The position numbers were made by a program, and so were the translations under genes. Source: Anaeramoeba ignava BMAN (lineage: Eukaryota > Protista > Anaeramoebae). Taken from it: a DNA stretch of 64,000 nt. This document shows positions 1 through 10,935 of the stretch, piece by piece. Where the stretch lies: assembly GCA_028826165.1 (NCBI GenBank), contig JAPDFW010000136.1, forward strand, positions 874,767 through 938,766, in the 5' to 3' direction. Position 1 is the first letter of the stretch; each line of letters begins with the position of its first letter. Under the pieces are notes generated by a model. The model ran no database searches and had not been told where the DNA came from. It saw only the letters and a list, made by a program, of their open reading frames with translations.

Positions 1-2049
1 TCTGAAGTATCGTTTAGAAAAAATGAAATACAACAAGAAAGTGTGATTTCTCCTTTTTTATGGGAAAATGTCCAAGGAAATTGGAATAAAGATTGTTCAG
101 AACTTGATAAAATTGATTTAAAATTGATATAAAATTAATTTAAAATTGATTTAAAATTGATTTAAAATTGATATAAAATTGATATAAAATTGATATAAAA
201 TTAATTTAAAATTGATTTAAAATTGATTTAAAATTGATTTAAAATTGATATAAAATTGATATAAAATTAATATAAAATTGATTTAAAATTGATTTAAAAT
301 TGATTTAAAATTGGTATAAAATTAATATAAAATTAATATAAAATTAATATAAAATTAATATAAAATTGATTTAAAATTGATATAAAATTGATATAAAATT
401 GATATAAAATTGATTTAAAATTGATTTAAAATTGATTTAAAATTGATATAAAATTGATTTAAAATTGATATAAAATTGATATAAAATTGATTTAAAATTG
501 ATATAAAATTGATATAAAATTGATTTAAAATTGAATTAAAATTGATATAAAATTGATTTAAAATTGATATAAAATTGATATAAAATTGATTTAAAATTAA
601 TTTAAAATTGATATAAAATTAATTTAAAATTAATTTAAAATTGATTTAAAATCGATTTAAAATTGATTTTAAAATTAATATAAAATTGATTTAAAATCGA
701 TTTAAAATTAAAATAATATAAAATTAATTTAAAATTGGATTTAAAATTGATTTAAAATTGATTTAAAATTGATTTAAAATTGATATAAAATTGATTTAAA
801 ATTGATTTAAAATTGATATAAAATTGATATAAAATTGATTTAAAATTGATTTAAAATTGATTTAAAATTGATTTAAAATTGATATAAAATTGATTTAAAA
901 TTGATATAAAATTGATTTAAAATTGATTTAAAATTGATTTAAAATTGATTTAAAATTGATTTAAAATTGATATAAAATTGATATAAAATTGATTTAAAAT
1001 TGATATAAAATTGATATAAAATTGATTTAAAATTGATATAAAATTGATTTAAAATTGATTTAAAATTGATTTAAAATTGATTTAAAATTGATATAAAATT
1101 AATATAAAATTAATTTAAAATTGATTTAAAATTGATTTAAAATTGATTTAAAATTGATTTAAAATTAATATAAAATTGATTTAAAATTGATTTAAAATTG
1201 ATATAAAATTAATATAAAATTGATTTAAAATTAATTTAAAATTGATTTAAAATTAATATAAAATTGATTTAAAATTGATTTAAAATTGATTTAAAATTGA
1301 TTTAAAATTGATTTAAAATTGATTTAAAATTGATTTAAAATTGATTTAAAATTGATTTAAAATTGATTTAAAATTGATTTAAAATTGATTTAAAATTAAT
1401 TTAAAATTGATTTAAAATTGATTTAAAATTAATATAAAATTGATATAAAATTGATTTAAAATTGATTTAAAATTGATTTAAAATTGATTTAAAATTGATA
1501 TAAAATTGATTTAAAATTGATATAAAATTGATTTAAAATTGATTTAAAATTGATTTAAAATTGATTTAAAGTTAATTTAAAATTGATTTAAAATTGATTT
1601 AAAATTGATTTAAAATTGATTTAAAATTGATTTAAAATTGATTTAAAATTGATTTAAAATTGATTTAAAATTAATATAAAATTGATTTAAAATTGATTTA
1701 AAATTTATATAAAATTGATTTAAAATTGATATAAAATTGATTTAAAATTGATATAAAATTGATTTAAAATTGATTTAAACCTTTTTGCTTTAGAAAAGAT
1801 AAAATTAGAAGCATTTTCAAAATCTGTGGAATAAAAAGATTGAAAATTTGAGGAGATTTCTTCAATATAAAAATTAGAAAATATTTTTGGATTATCTAAA
1901 CCAAAAAATTGAACAAAGGATTGATTCATAAAAGTAATAAGACCAGATTGATTTAAAATTAAAACAGCCTCTTTTGCCTGTTGAAGTTCTCTAAAATATT
2001 TTTTAGTTTGCTTTTTTGTAATTTTTATTGTATTTGTTGAATTTCCCAT
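1..2049 (-). CDS. PAS-domain-containing protein, spliced; exon 1 2049-1781, exon 2 from 102 running off the window edge (3' partial)
   Basis: Exon 1 has a PAS-like start (EAVLILNQSGLITFMNQSFVQFFG). Joining GT at 1780 to AG at 103 gives in-frame KAK-S-SEQSLFQFPWTFSHKKGEITLSCCISFF, resembling the PAS C-terminal strands. The N-terminus is MGNSTNT. Confidence 0.75.
103..1780 (-). repeat. 1678-bp intron made of an 11-bp tandem repeat (plus strand AAAATTGATTT/AAAATTGATAT)
   Basis: The sense strand reads GTTTAAATCAATTTTAAATC...TTTATCAAG, with the repeat running from donor to acceptor. Confidence 0.85.
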
Positions 2050-2241
2050 TTATTTTAATTAATAATTTTGTTATTTTTTGTTGTTGAAATATTTCCCAAA
2101 TAATAAAAATAATAAAAATAATAAATGATCAAAAAAAGAATTATAATTTAGGGGTTTAATTTTTTTTTAAAGAGAAAAAGTAAAAAGTGAAAAAAAAATG
2201 GAATTTTGATTTTTCATTTTTTTTCATTTTTTTTTTTAAAA

Positions 2242-3365
2242 ATGGATTTTGTTATTAAAAGTAAAGAATTACAAAAATCAACAATGATTTTTTTACATGG
2301 ACTTGGAGGTAAAATTAAAATTAAAATTAAAATTAAAATTAAAATTAAAATTAAATTTAAAATTAAAATTAAAATTAAAATTAAAATTAAAATTAAAATC
2401 AAAATTAAAATTAAAATTAAAATTGAAATTCATTTATAAAATTAAAATTAAATTTAAAATCAAAATTAAAATTAAATTTAAAATTAAAATTAAAATTAAA
2501 TTCATAAATTAAAATTAAAATTAATATTAAAATTAAAATTAAAATTTAAATTAAAATTAAAATTAAAATTAATATTAAAATTAAAATTATAATTATAATT
2601 AAAATTAAAATTAAAATTAAAATTAAAAATTAAAATTAAATTCATTTTGAAATCAAAATTAAAATTAAAATTAAAATTAAAATTAAAATTAAAATTAAAA
2701 TTAAAATTAAAATTAAAATTAAAATTAAAATTAAAATCAAAATTAAAATTATAATTAAAATTATAATTAAAGATGTTGGACAAAGTTGGGCACCATTAGC
2801 ATATTTTATCCAAGAAAAAATTCCAAGTATGAAGTTTATATTTCCAACAGCAGAAACACGAGCAGTTACGATTAATTCAGGAATGAAAATGCCAGCATGG
2901 TATGATCTTGATAGCCTCAGTTCACGAAGTCAAAAAGAACTTATTGGACTAGAGGAATCAAGTTCTCGACTTGAGAAAATAGTCAAACAAGAAAAACAGG
3001 CCAACTCTATTGGTTCCATATTTGTTGGTGGATTTTCACAAGGAGGAGCTTTGGCACTTTTTACTTCACTTCTTCGTTTAAATCAAAAAATTGATGGCAT
3101 ACTTGGTCTTAGTTGTTATATGCCAAAACCCCATTTATTCCCAAAGGAACTTCGTCCTGAAAATAAGGATACTTCAATACTCTTATGTCATGGGGATTCA
3201 GATCCTATGGTTCTTCCTGAATGGGGAAAATCTACTTTTAATCTGTTAAAAAATCAAAATTTAAAAATTGAACAAAAAATTTATCCTTTTTTACAACATG
3301 ATATTAATCGAGATGAATTGGATGATATTAGAGAATGGATTGAAAAACGATTGAAAAACAATTAA
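2242..3365 (+). CDS. APT1: Acyl-protein thioesterase / lysophospholipase (alpha/beta hydrolase); exons 2242-2308, 2773-3365
   Basis: Splicing 2309-2772 restores IFLHGLGD. Also present: MPAWYD, the GGFSQGG nucleophile, HGDSDPMV (Asp) and a C-terminal His (LQHDI). Confidence 0.92.
2309..2772 (+). repeat. 464-bp intron of (AAAATT)n
   Basis: GTAAAATTAAAATT...ATAATTAAAG; removing it restores the frame and the HGLGD motif. Confidence 0.9.
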
Positions 3366-3467
3366 AAAAATAAGTGAATAAATTGAATTATAAATAATTT
3401 TAAAAAGAATAAACTAAAAAAGAAATAATTTTGATTTTGAACTGGAAATTTTTATTCATTTTGAAAT

Positions 3468-3872
3468 TTAAAGATTGAAAGGCAATTTATAATAATAAAC
3501 CCAAATAATATAAATAGCTAAAATTAAAGAAACGTAAACACAAATATCAAGTTTTGTACCAAGTCTTATTTGAGTACCAGCTTTTCTTTCTCTATAATAT
3601 TTAAGTAATTTTTGTTTATCAATTTCTAATTTTTTATCAAGAAGTGAATTTTCAATTAATTTTTCATTTGTTTTTTCATTTGAATTTTCATTTGTTTTTT
3701 CATTTGAATTTTGATTTGAATTTTCATTTGATTTTTCATTTGATTTTTCATTTGAATTTTGATTTGAATTTTCATTTGTTTTTTCAATTAATTTTTCATT
3801 TGAATTTTGATTTGAATTTTGTTTTGTTTTTTCATTTGTTTTTGTTTTTCTTTGATTTAAATTATTTTCCAT
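3468..3872 (-). CDS. Hypothetical 134-aa tail-anchored protein with low-complexity N/E/K/S repeats
   Basis: ATG-initiated ORF with TCATTTT motifs upstream, 12-nt repeats (NEKS/NQNS) and one C-terminal hydrophobic segment, ICVYVSLILAIYIIWVYYY. Confidence 0.6.
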   Translation of the reverse strand: MENNLNQRKTKTNEKTKQNSNQNSNEKLIEKTNENSNQNSNEKSNEKSNENSNQNSNEKTNENSNEKTNEKLIENSLLDKKLEIDKQKLLKYYRERKAGTQIRLGTKLDICVYVSLILAIYIIWVYYYKLPFNL

Positions 3873-4168
3873 TTATTTTAATTTAATTTAATTTAATTTT
3901 GTTTTAAAAAAAAATGAAAGAAAAAAATGAAAAATGATTTTTTTTAATTTTGTTTTTTTTTTATTTCGAACTTTTTTGAATTAAAAATTGCTGTATTAAT
4001 TTCTTATCTTTTTATCTCTTATCTTTTATCTTTTAATTCCTATCTTTGTCAAAAAACCCAAACAGCACAAACAACAGCAATTTTAAAAAAAAAAAACGGA
4101 AAAAAAAATCAAAAAAAAAAAAGAATTAAAAGAGAATTAAAAAAAAAATTAAAAGAGAATTAAAAGAA

Positions 4169-7100
4169 TTATTTCTTCCAAAGATCTGGGAAAAGATTAA
4201 GTTTCAAGAAATAATCAAGTTGTTCTTGAACTAATTCTTGAGTCATTTTTGGATATTTGTATTGGAAACCCAATTCCTTCTCAATTTTAGTTCCATTAAT
4301 AGAAAGTGGATTTTTGTATAAAAGTTCTTTATCAAGATAAGGAGTTAATGGAGTTGATAAAATGCCATGTTGTTTGCATAAATCAGCCCATGGTGTTAAA
4401 TGTTTTTCATTGACTTCTTCAGTTACACTTGTCATGTTCATTTTCGCAAAAGTTGATGCCATGTTTCCAGCAAATCCAGTTTCAATTCCAAACATTTTTT
4501 CAAGGATTACATTGATTGATTTTTGAGCTAAAAAATTTTAATTTTAATTTTAATTTTAATTATTTTTGATTTCAATTTTAATTTTAATTTTAATTTTGAT
4601 TTTTGATTTCAATTTGAATTTTAATTTTAATTTTAATTTTAATTTTAATTTTGATTTTAATTTTGATTTTAATTTTAATTTTAATTTTAATTTTAATTTT
4701 AATTTTAATTTTAATTTTAATTTTAATTTTAATTTTAATTTTAATTTTAATTTTAATTTTAATTTTAATTTTAATTTTAATTTTAATTTTAATTTTTATA
4801 TTAATTTTAATATTAATTTTAATTTTAATTTTAATTTTGAATTTTAATTTTAATTTTAATTTTAATTTTAAATTCAATTTTAATTTTTATATTAATTTTA
4901 ATTTTAATTTTAATTTTAATTTTAATTTTGATTTTGATTTTAATATTAATTTTTGATTTCAATTTTGAATTTTAATTTTAATTTTTAATTTTAATTTTAA
5001 TTTTAATTTTAATTTTAAATTTTAATTTTAATTTTAATTTTAATTTTAATTTTAATTTTGATAATTTTATCAGCAAGATTTAAATTGATCCAACTTTTCC
5101 TTTTGTGAAATTAACCATAAAGCAGCACAAACATCATTTTATTCATTTTCAAATTACCATAAAAATTTCATTTTTTTTTAAGTTGTTTGTTTAATAATTC
5201 TTGGTTTTAAATTTTTAAATTATAAAAATAATAATAAATTGTTTCTTAATTACAAATTTAATTCCCTTTTAATTTTAATTTTTAATTTTAATTTTAATTT
5301 TGATTTTTTTTAAAGCTTCTTTTAATTTGAATTTTTTTTTGATTTCAAGGTTTAAGTTTAGCAGTTTCAATTTTAAAAATTTTAATTTTTTAATTTTAAT
5401 TTTTATTTTAATTTTAATTTTTATTTTTATTTTATATTTATATTTATATTTTAATTTTATATTTTAATTTTATATTTAATTTTATAATTTTATATTTTTA
5501 TTTTATATTTTAATTTTTAATTTTATATTATTAATTTTAATTTTATATTTTAATTTTAATTTTTATATTAATTTTAATATTAATTTTAATTTTAATTTTA
5601 ATTTAAATTTTAATTCTAATTTTAATTTTAATTTTAATTTTAAATTCAATTTTAATCATTTACTGGTATCATTTTTATCAGCAAGATTGTAAATTGATCC
5701 AACTTTTCCTTTTTGTGAAATTAACCATAAAGCAGCACAAACATCATAAACGTGAACTGTATTCATTTTCAAATCACCTGACCATAAAAATTTCATTTTC
5801 TTTAATTTGTATGAAGTAATAATTCTTGGTGCTAAAATAAAATAAAATAATTAAAATAAACTATAAAAATAATAATAAATTGTTTCTTAATTACAAATTC
5901 CTTGAATATCTCCTGGTCCATAAACAAGTGCTGGTCTAACAATAATTAATCCTGGAACTTTGATTTCTTTTAAAGCTTCTTCGGCTTGAAGTTTGAATTT
6001 TGCTACATTAGTCCAAGGTTTAAGTTTAGCAGTTTCATCTGAAACATTCTATAAAAAATAAATTATATTTATATTTATATTTATATTTATATTTATATTT
6101 ATGTTTATATTTATAATTATATTTATTTTTATTATATTTTTATTTATTTTATTTTTATTTTTATATTTATAATTTATATTTATATTTTATATTTATATTT
6201 ATGTTTTATTTCTTTTATTATATATTTTATGTTTATTTTTTTTTATATTTCATATTTTATTTATTTTATATTTATATTTTATATTTATTTATATTTTATA
6301 TTTATATTTTATATTTATATTTTATTTATATTTATATTTATATTTTATATTTATATTTATATTTATATTTTATATTTATTTTTATTTTATATTATGTTTG
6401 TTTTATTTTATTTATATTTTATATTTATATTTTATATTTATATTTTATTTTTATGTTTATGTTTATATTTTGTTTTATTTATTTTATATTTTATATTTAT
6501 ATTTTATTTTATGTTTTTATTTATTTTATATTTTTTTATTTTACATTTATATTTATTTTATATTTATATTTTTTTTATATTTTTATATTTATATTTTATA
6601 TTTTATGTTTATATTTTATATTTATATTTTATATTTATATTTATGTTATGTTTATATTTTATATTTTATATTTATGTTTATATTTATAATTTATATTTTT
6701 ATGTTTTATTTTATATTTATATTATTTTATGTTTATATTTATATTTATGTTTTTATATTTATATTTTATATTTTATGTTTATATTTATATTTATATTTAT
6801 ATTTATATTTATATTTATATTTATATTTATATTTATATTTATGTTTATATTTATATTTATATATTTTTTATTTTATTTATGTTTTATTTATATTTTATTT
6901 ATATTTTATTTATATTTTATATTTTATGTTTTATTATTTTATGTTATATGTTTTATATTTATGTTTATATTTTATTTTATTTTTATGTTTTATATTTATA
7001 TTTTATATTTTATATTTATATTTATATTTATATTTATATTTATATTTATTTTTATATTTATTTATATTTATGTTTATATTTATGTTTATGTTTATATTTA

Positions 7101-7761
7101 TATATTTTATATTTTATTTATTTATATTTATATTTATATTTATATTTATAATTATATTTATATTTATATTTATATTTATATTTATATTTATATTTATATT
7201 TATATTTATATTTATATTTATATTTATATTTATATTTATATTTATATTTATATTTATATTTATATTTATATTTATATTTATATTTATATTTATATTTATA
7301 TTTATATTTATATTTATATTTATATTTATATTTTTATTTATTTTTGTTTTAATTACTTTTTTTGCGTGATAAATTTGAGCAGTTGAAACTTCAATATATT
7401 TTTCAACACCATATTCTTTTGCATAAGTACCGCATTTCTTAGCAACATCAAGAACTTTTTCTTGATAAACATCTTCAGGTTGACCGTATTTAGTTTCAGC
7501 AGCAAGACTAAAAACGATTTGGAATTTACCATCAGGATCATCAAAACATTTCTTAATTGAAGCTTCATTTCCAAGATTTCCTTGTTTGAATTCAACTTTT
7601 TGAAACGCTTCTTCAATTTCTTTTGAAAAATATGCTGTTACTGGTAATACTTTATCAATAACTCGGATTTTTGAACATAAATCATTCTCAACTAAATATT
7701 TTACTAGATTTCTTCCAATGAATCCTGTTCCTCCTAAAATTAATACTCTTGGTTTTGACAT
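4169..7761 (-). CDS. NAD-dependent epimerase/dehydratase (extended SDR); exons 7761-7357, 6048-5895, 5831-5664, 4527-4169
   Basis: Rossmann motif VLILGGTGFIGRNL. The spliced exons give KLKPWTNVAKFKLQAE, IIVRPALVYGPGD, MNTVHVYDVCAA and IYNLADKNDT-TQKSIN, and all three GT-AG junctions keep the frame. Confidence 0.88.
4528..5663 (-). repeat. 1136-bp intron 3 of the epimerase, (AAAATT)n on the sense strand, containing a degraded exon copy
   Basis: GT at 5663 and AG at 4528; plus strand (TTTTAA)n. Confidence 0.8.
5060..5370 (-). pseudogene. Degraded duplicate of epimerase exons 2-3 lying inside intron 3
   Basis: Segments such as ttatcagcaagatt, aaattgatccaacttttcc, ttaaccataaagcagcacaaacatcat and caaggtttaagtttagcagtttca recur in the same order at 5670-6040. 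Confidence 0.75.
6049..7356 (-). repeat. 1308-bp intron 1 of the epimerase, degenerate (ATAAAT)n on the sense strand
   Basis: GTAATT at 7356 and TATAG at 6049; plus strand (TTTATA)n. Confidence 0.85.
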
Positions 7762-8127
7762 TCTTTTTGTCTAAAATTTTATTTTTTTATTTTAATTAAT
7801 TTTTTATTTAATTTTTTTATTTAATTAAAATGATATTATTTACTAAATTTAAAAAGTAAAAAAATGAAATTTAAAAAAAAAATGAAAAAAAAAAAAAATT
7901 TTTTTTAATTAAAAAATAAAAGAAGGCAAAAAAAAATAAAATTAAAATTAAAATTAAAAATAAAAATTAAATAAAAATTAAAATTAAAAATGTTTTTTGT
8001 TTTTTGTTTTTTGTTTTGAATGATCAATTAAAAAGAAAATCAATTAAAAAATTAAAAAGAAAAAAAGAAAAAAAGAAAAAGAAAAGAAGAAGAAAAAAAA
8101 AAATTATTATCAAAATTATTATAATTA

Positions 8128-10656
8128 TTATCGATTAAATCCTTCTACTTTGAATAATTTTGCTCTATCAATTAAAGCTAAAAGAGTTTTATGAATAACA
8201 GAATTTTCTGATTGTTTCTTTTTAGATTTCTTTTTAGAATTTTTGATTATTTTTTTCTGAGAAAATAAATCTTTAAGAATTTCATAATTTTCACCAGAAG
8301 AATTAAAAACAGTTAAATAAGCATCAGGTTGATTCATTTTTTTAAGAAATTCTTGAACAACACGAACTCCTTTTTTAAAAATCAAACGGAAAACAATTCT
8401 TTGTGTTTTAGCAAGAAACTCAAAGAATTGTTGATTATTAAGCAATTTGCTGTCAGAAAAAAAGAGCATTTGATTGACAATAAACAAGGATTCAATATGA
8501 ACGCCACTTTTATGATAAAGATCAATAAGACTGTTCCAAATATCCCAAGTAGATAAACTGAGAATATCCTCGCTCTTTCTGATCGCGAGAAGGAACGCAA
8601 TTTCGCTGTCTAAATAACGCTTGATTCTGTTAGCAATTGCGCCAATACGTTTCCATTCGGCTTGTGACTTGACAAGACTGCTTGCTCTTAAAGAGCCTTT
8701 TTCTGTCGAATATTTAAACATACTTGACACATCAGAGTATAAGTGCTGAATCAATGAATCAAACCACGATTTGTATTCCAGATTCTCGGTTTTTGACGTG
8801 ACAAGATTGACAGGTGTGTCTCCTTTTGGGTGAATTTTGATTTCCGTTATAAACGGCTTATTAATGTTTGCTAGTTCAGTTTTTTCTTTTTTCATTTCGG
8901 AAGATTCGTCACCAGCAATAAAGCCCTGATCGTAATCAAACTTGTTGAAAATGATGGCGTTTCCCGAGATGTTCATTTCGTAGTTGGAATCCAAGTGTGG
9001 TTCTGATTCTTTGTTTCTATTTTGATTGAAAATTTTTTCGAGTTCATTTTCTGAGTTTGATTCTGAATAGTGATCGATTTCCTCTCCGAAGCAGTAGGGA
9101 TTGTGTCTGTCGTTTGCGGAGGGACCGTGTGCATGAGGACGAGAGTGGTTGTGGTTGTGGTTGTGGTTGTGCAAAGAGCTTTTTGTTGGAGAATCGCGGA
9201 TGTTCATCTGGAAAACATCGATCCGCAACTTCATAAGCTCTTCCCATCCCTCACTGTTCAGAAGATCAACAAGAATATCATACGCTCTATTGAGTATATG
9301 CAACTCGTTCTTGTTGACCTGGAACTTGAATGTCAGACTCTGCTCTGGCGGCGAGTGCAAGATGTGCGGAGACTCATCCACATAAAATTGCGACTCGGAA
9401 GGCACAGTGATCCGAGACGCTTTGGGAAAGTAACTCACCACATCGTCGCTGTTTTTCTCGTGATCTTGATCCATATAGATGATTTCTTTGTGCACATACG
9501 GGTTGTTGGCGTTTGTGTGAGAAGAATTGAATTCGACCCACTGGTTATTTGGATTATTTTGATTTTTGACATTTTTTTTTGAATCGTGGATCATGTAGTC
9601 ATCATCGTTGTCGCTCTGCTCGCGCTCATCATCGATCTTCAGCGAGACAGAATTCAGCGACACCAGCACACGATGCAGATTTTTCTCTGCAAGATAAAAG
9701 CGTGAGAGCCCGAAACAGGCATCGTCAAAAAAGGGTGTTAAATTTTCGACTTTTTGGATCAACTTGAATTTCTTTAAAGAATCCATTGTTAATATTTTTT
9801 TATATTTTGGATTGATGAACTCAATAAGGAGCAGGCTTGTCGGATGCTCGTTCTTGAGATACCCCTCCAGATGCGACACGCCCTTCTCAATGTTGTTCAA
9901 TTTGAAGTATGCGCGACTGATATAAATGGCGAGTTCGGGTTCCTGCTTGACGAACCTTTTGAAAAATTGGATCGCCTCCGAATACCGTTTATTTTGGAAA
10001 AAATATTTTTTCAAAAGAACAACCAGATAATTATTAGCGTGGGAAGGCAGCATTCTCCAGAAGGGAGTGCCGAGTAATTTGCCGTTCCAAAAAAGTTTTT
10101 CAACGGAAAATAGGGTCGTTTTTTCTGTCAAAAGTGAACAGAAGTCATCGAGAATATGCAAGCACGGAAACTGCGCAAAGGGATATTCAACATTGATGAA
10201 TCGCAGAAAACTCGAGACTTGCGTTTCAGCCCATAATTGCTCTGTCTCTTCGACCTTATCGCCGTTACCAGTGACAAAATACGTTGTGAAATTTCCCGGC
10301 AAATTAAATTCAACCACAAGATCCATTTTTCGGAAGCTATTATGACTCAAGTAAGTTCCCGACAGGAAAGTGTATGTCCCCGCAGATTTCGTGTTTCTTG
10401 CTTCTTCCTGCGACTGGATTAGCCGCCCGAAATAGCTTGCTACACTCGACACACTGGATGTGTCAAGTCCAATAACATGATGATAAAAACCAAGTTTAAT
10501 TGTTTCTTTTTTCCGTTGATTTTCTTTGATAATGTGACAAAGATCAGGTGGTCCAATTCCTTTCATTTTCTCAAGTATTTTCTTCCGTGTAGCTATAGAT
10601 TCGTTAAGTTGATTTTCTACACTTTCGTGTGTGTGTTTTAATGATTCTGATGTCAT
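8128..10656 (-). CDS. ChAPs family protein (Chs6/Bud7/Bch1-like exomer cargo adaptor), 842 aa, intronless
   Basis: N-terminal GIGPPDLCH...GFYHHVIGLDTSSVSSVASY and LWAETQVSSFLR, a TPR-like middle, and LVSLNS, RAYDILVDL...GWEELMKLR and KSQAEWKRIG match ChAPs family motifs. Confidence 0.85.
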   Translation of the reverse strand: MTSESLKHTHESVENQLNESIATRKKILEKMKGIGPPDLCHIIKENQRKKETIKLGFYHHVIGLDTSSVSSVASYFGRLIQSQEEARNTKSAGTYTFLSGTYLSHNSFRKMDLVVEFNLPGNFTTYFVTGNGDKVEETEQLWAETQVSSFLRFINVEYPFAQFPCLHILDDFCSLLTEKTTLFSVEKLFWNGKLLGTPFWRMLPSHANNYLVVLLKKYFFQNKRYSEAIQFFKRFVKQEPELAIYISRAYFKLNNIEKGVSHLEGYLKNEHPTSLLLIEFINPKYKKILTMDSLKKFKLIQKVENLTPFFDDACFGLSRFYLAEKNLHRVLVSLNSVSLKIDDEREQSDNDDDYMIHDSKKNVKNQNNPNNQWVEFNSSHTNANNPYVHKEIIYMDQDHEKNSDDVVSYFPKASRITVPSESQFYVDESPHILHSPPEQSLTFKFQVNKNELHILNRAYDILVDLLNSEGWEELMKLRIDVFQMNIRDSPTKSSLHNHNHNHNHSRPHAHGPSANDRHNPYCFGEEIDHYSESNSENELEKIFNQNRNKESEPHLDSNYEMNISGNAIIFNKFDYDQGFIAGDESSEMKKEKTELANINKPFITEIKIHPKGDTPVNLVTSKTENLEYKSWFDSLIQHLYSDVSSMFKYSTEKGSLRASSLVKSQAEWKRIGAIANRIKRYLDSEIAFLLAIRKSEDILSLSTWDIWNSLIDLYHKSGVHIESLFIVNQMLFFSDSKLLNNQQFFEFLAKTQRIVFRLIFKKGVRVVQEFLKKMNQPDAYLTVFNSSGENYEILKDLFSQKKIIKNSKKKSKKKQSENSVIHKTLLALIDRAKLFKVEGFNR

Positions 10657-10935
10657 AACTTATTTTTAAATAAAAAAATTTTTTTTTTGTTTTGCTTTTG
10701 ATTTATTTGAAGAATTTTTTCTGTTTTAGAATTTACAAAAAAAAAAATGAAAAATGAAAAATGGAAAAAGAAAAAAATTTTTGAGAATTAAAAAAACAAC
10801 AAATTAAAAAATAAATTAAAAACAAATTAAAAAAACAAAATTTTATTTTTCATTTTTTTTCTCTTTTTCTTTATTTTCTCCTTTTAAAATAATTTTAAAA
10901 TAATTTATAAAATAATTTATAAAATAAATTATAAA

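Noticed and set aside
2147-2158. TTTAGGGGTTT telomere-like word in the PAS/APT1 divergent promoter
   Set aside because: A single imperfect copy, not a telomeric array.
2206-7386. Long ORFs of KIKIKI, FNFNFN, ILILIL and YIYIYI (also 49458-50493 and 63165-63426)
   Set aside because: They are translations of intronic or antisense hexamer repeats; splicing them out restores conserved motifs in the real genes.
9044-10422. Antisense and alternative-frame ORFs inside ChAPs, VNX1 (15208-16144) and PSME4 (43361-47394)
   Set aside because: Expected by-products of locally higher GC; no recognisable domains.
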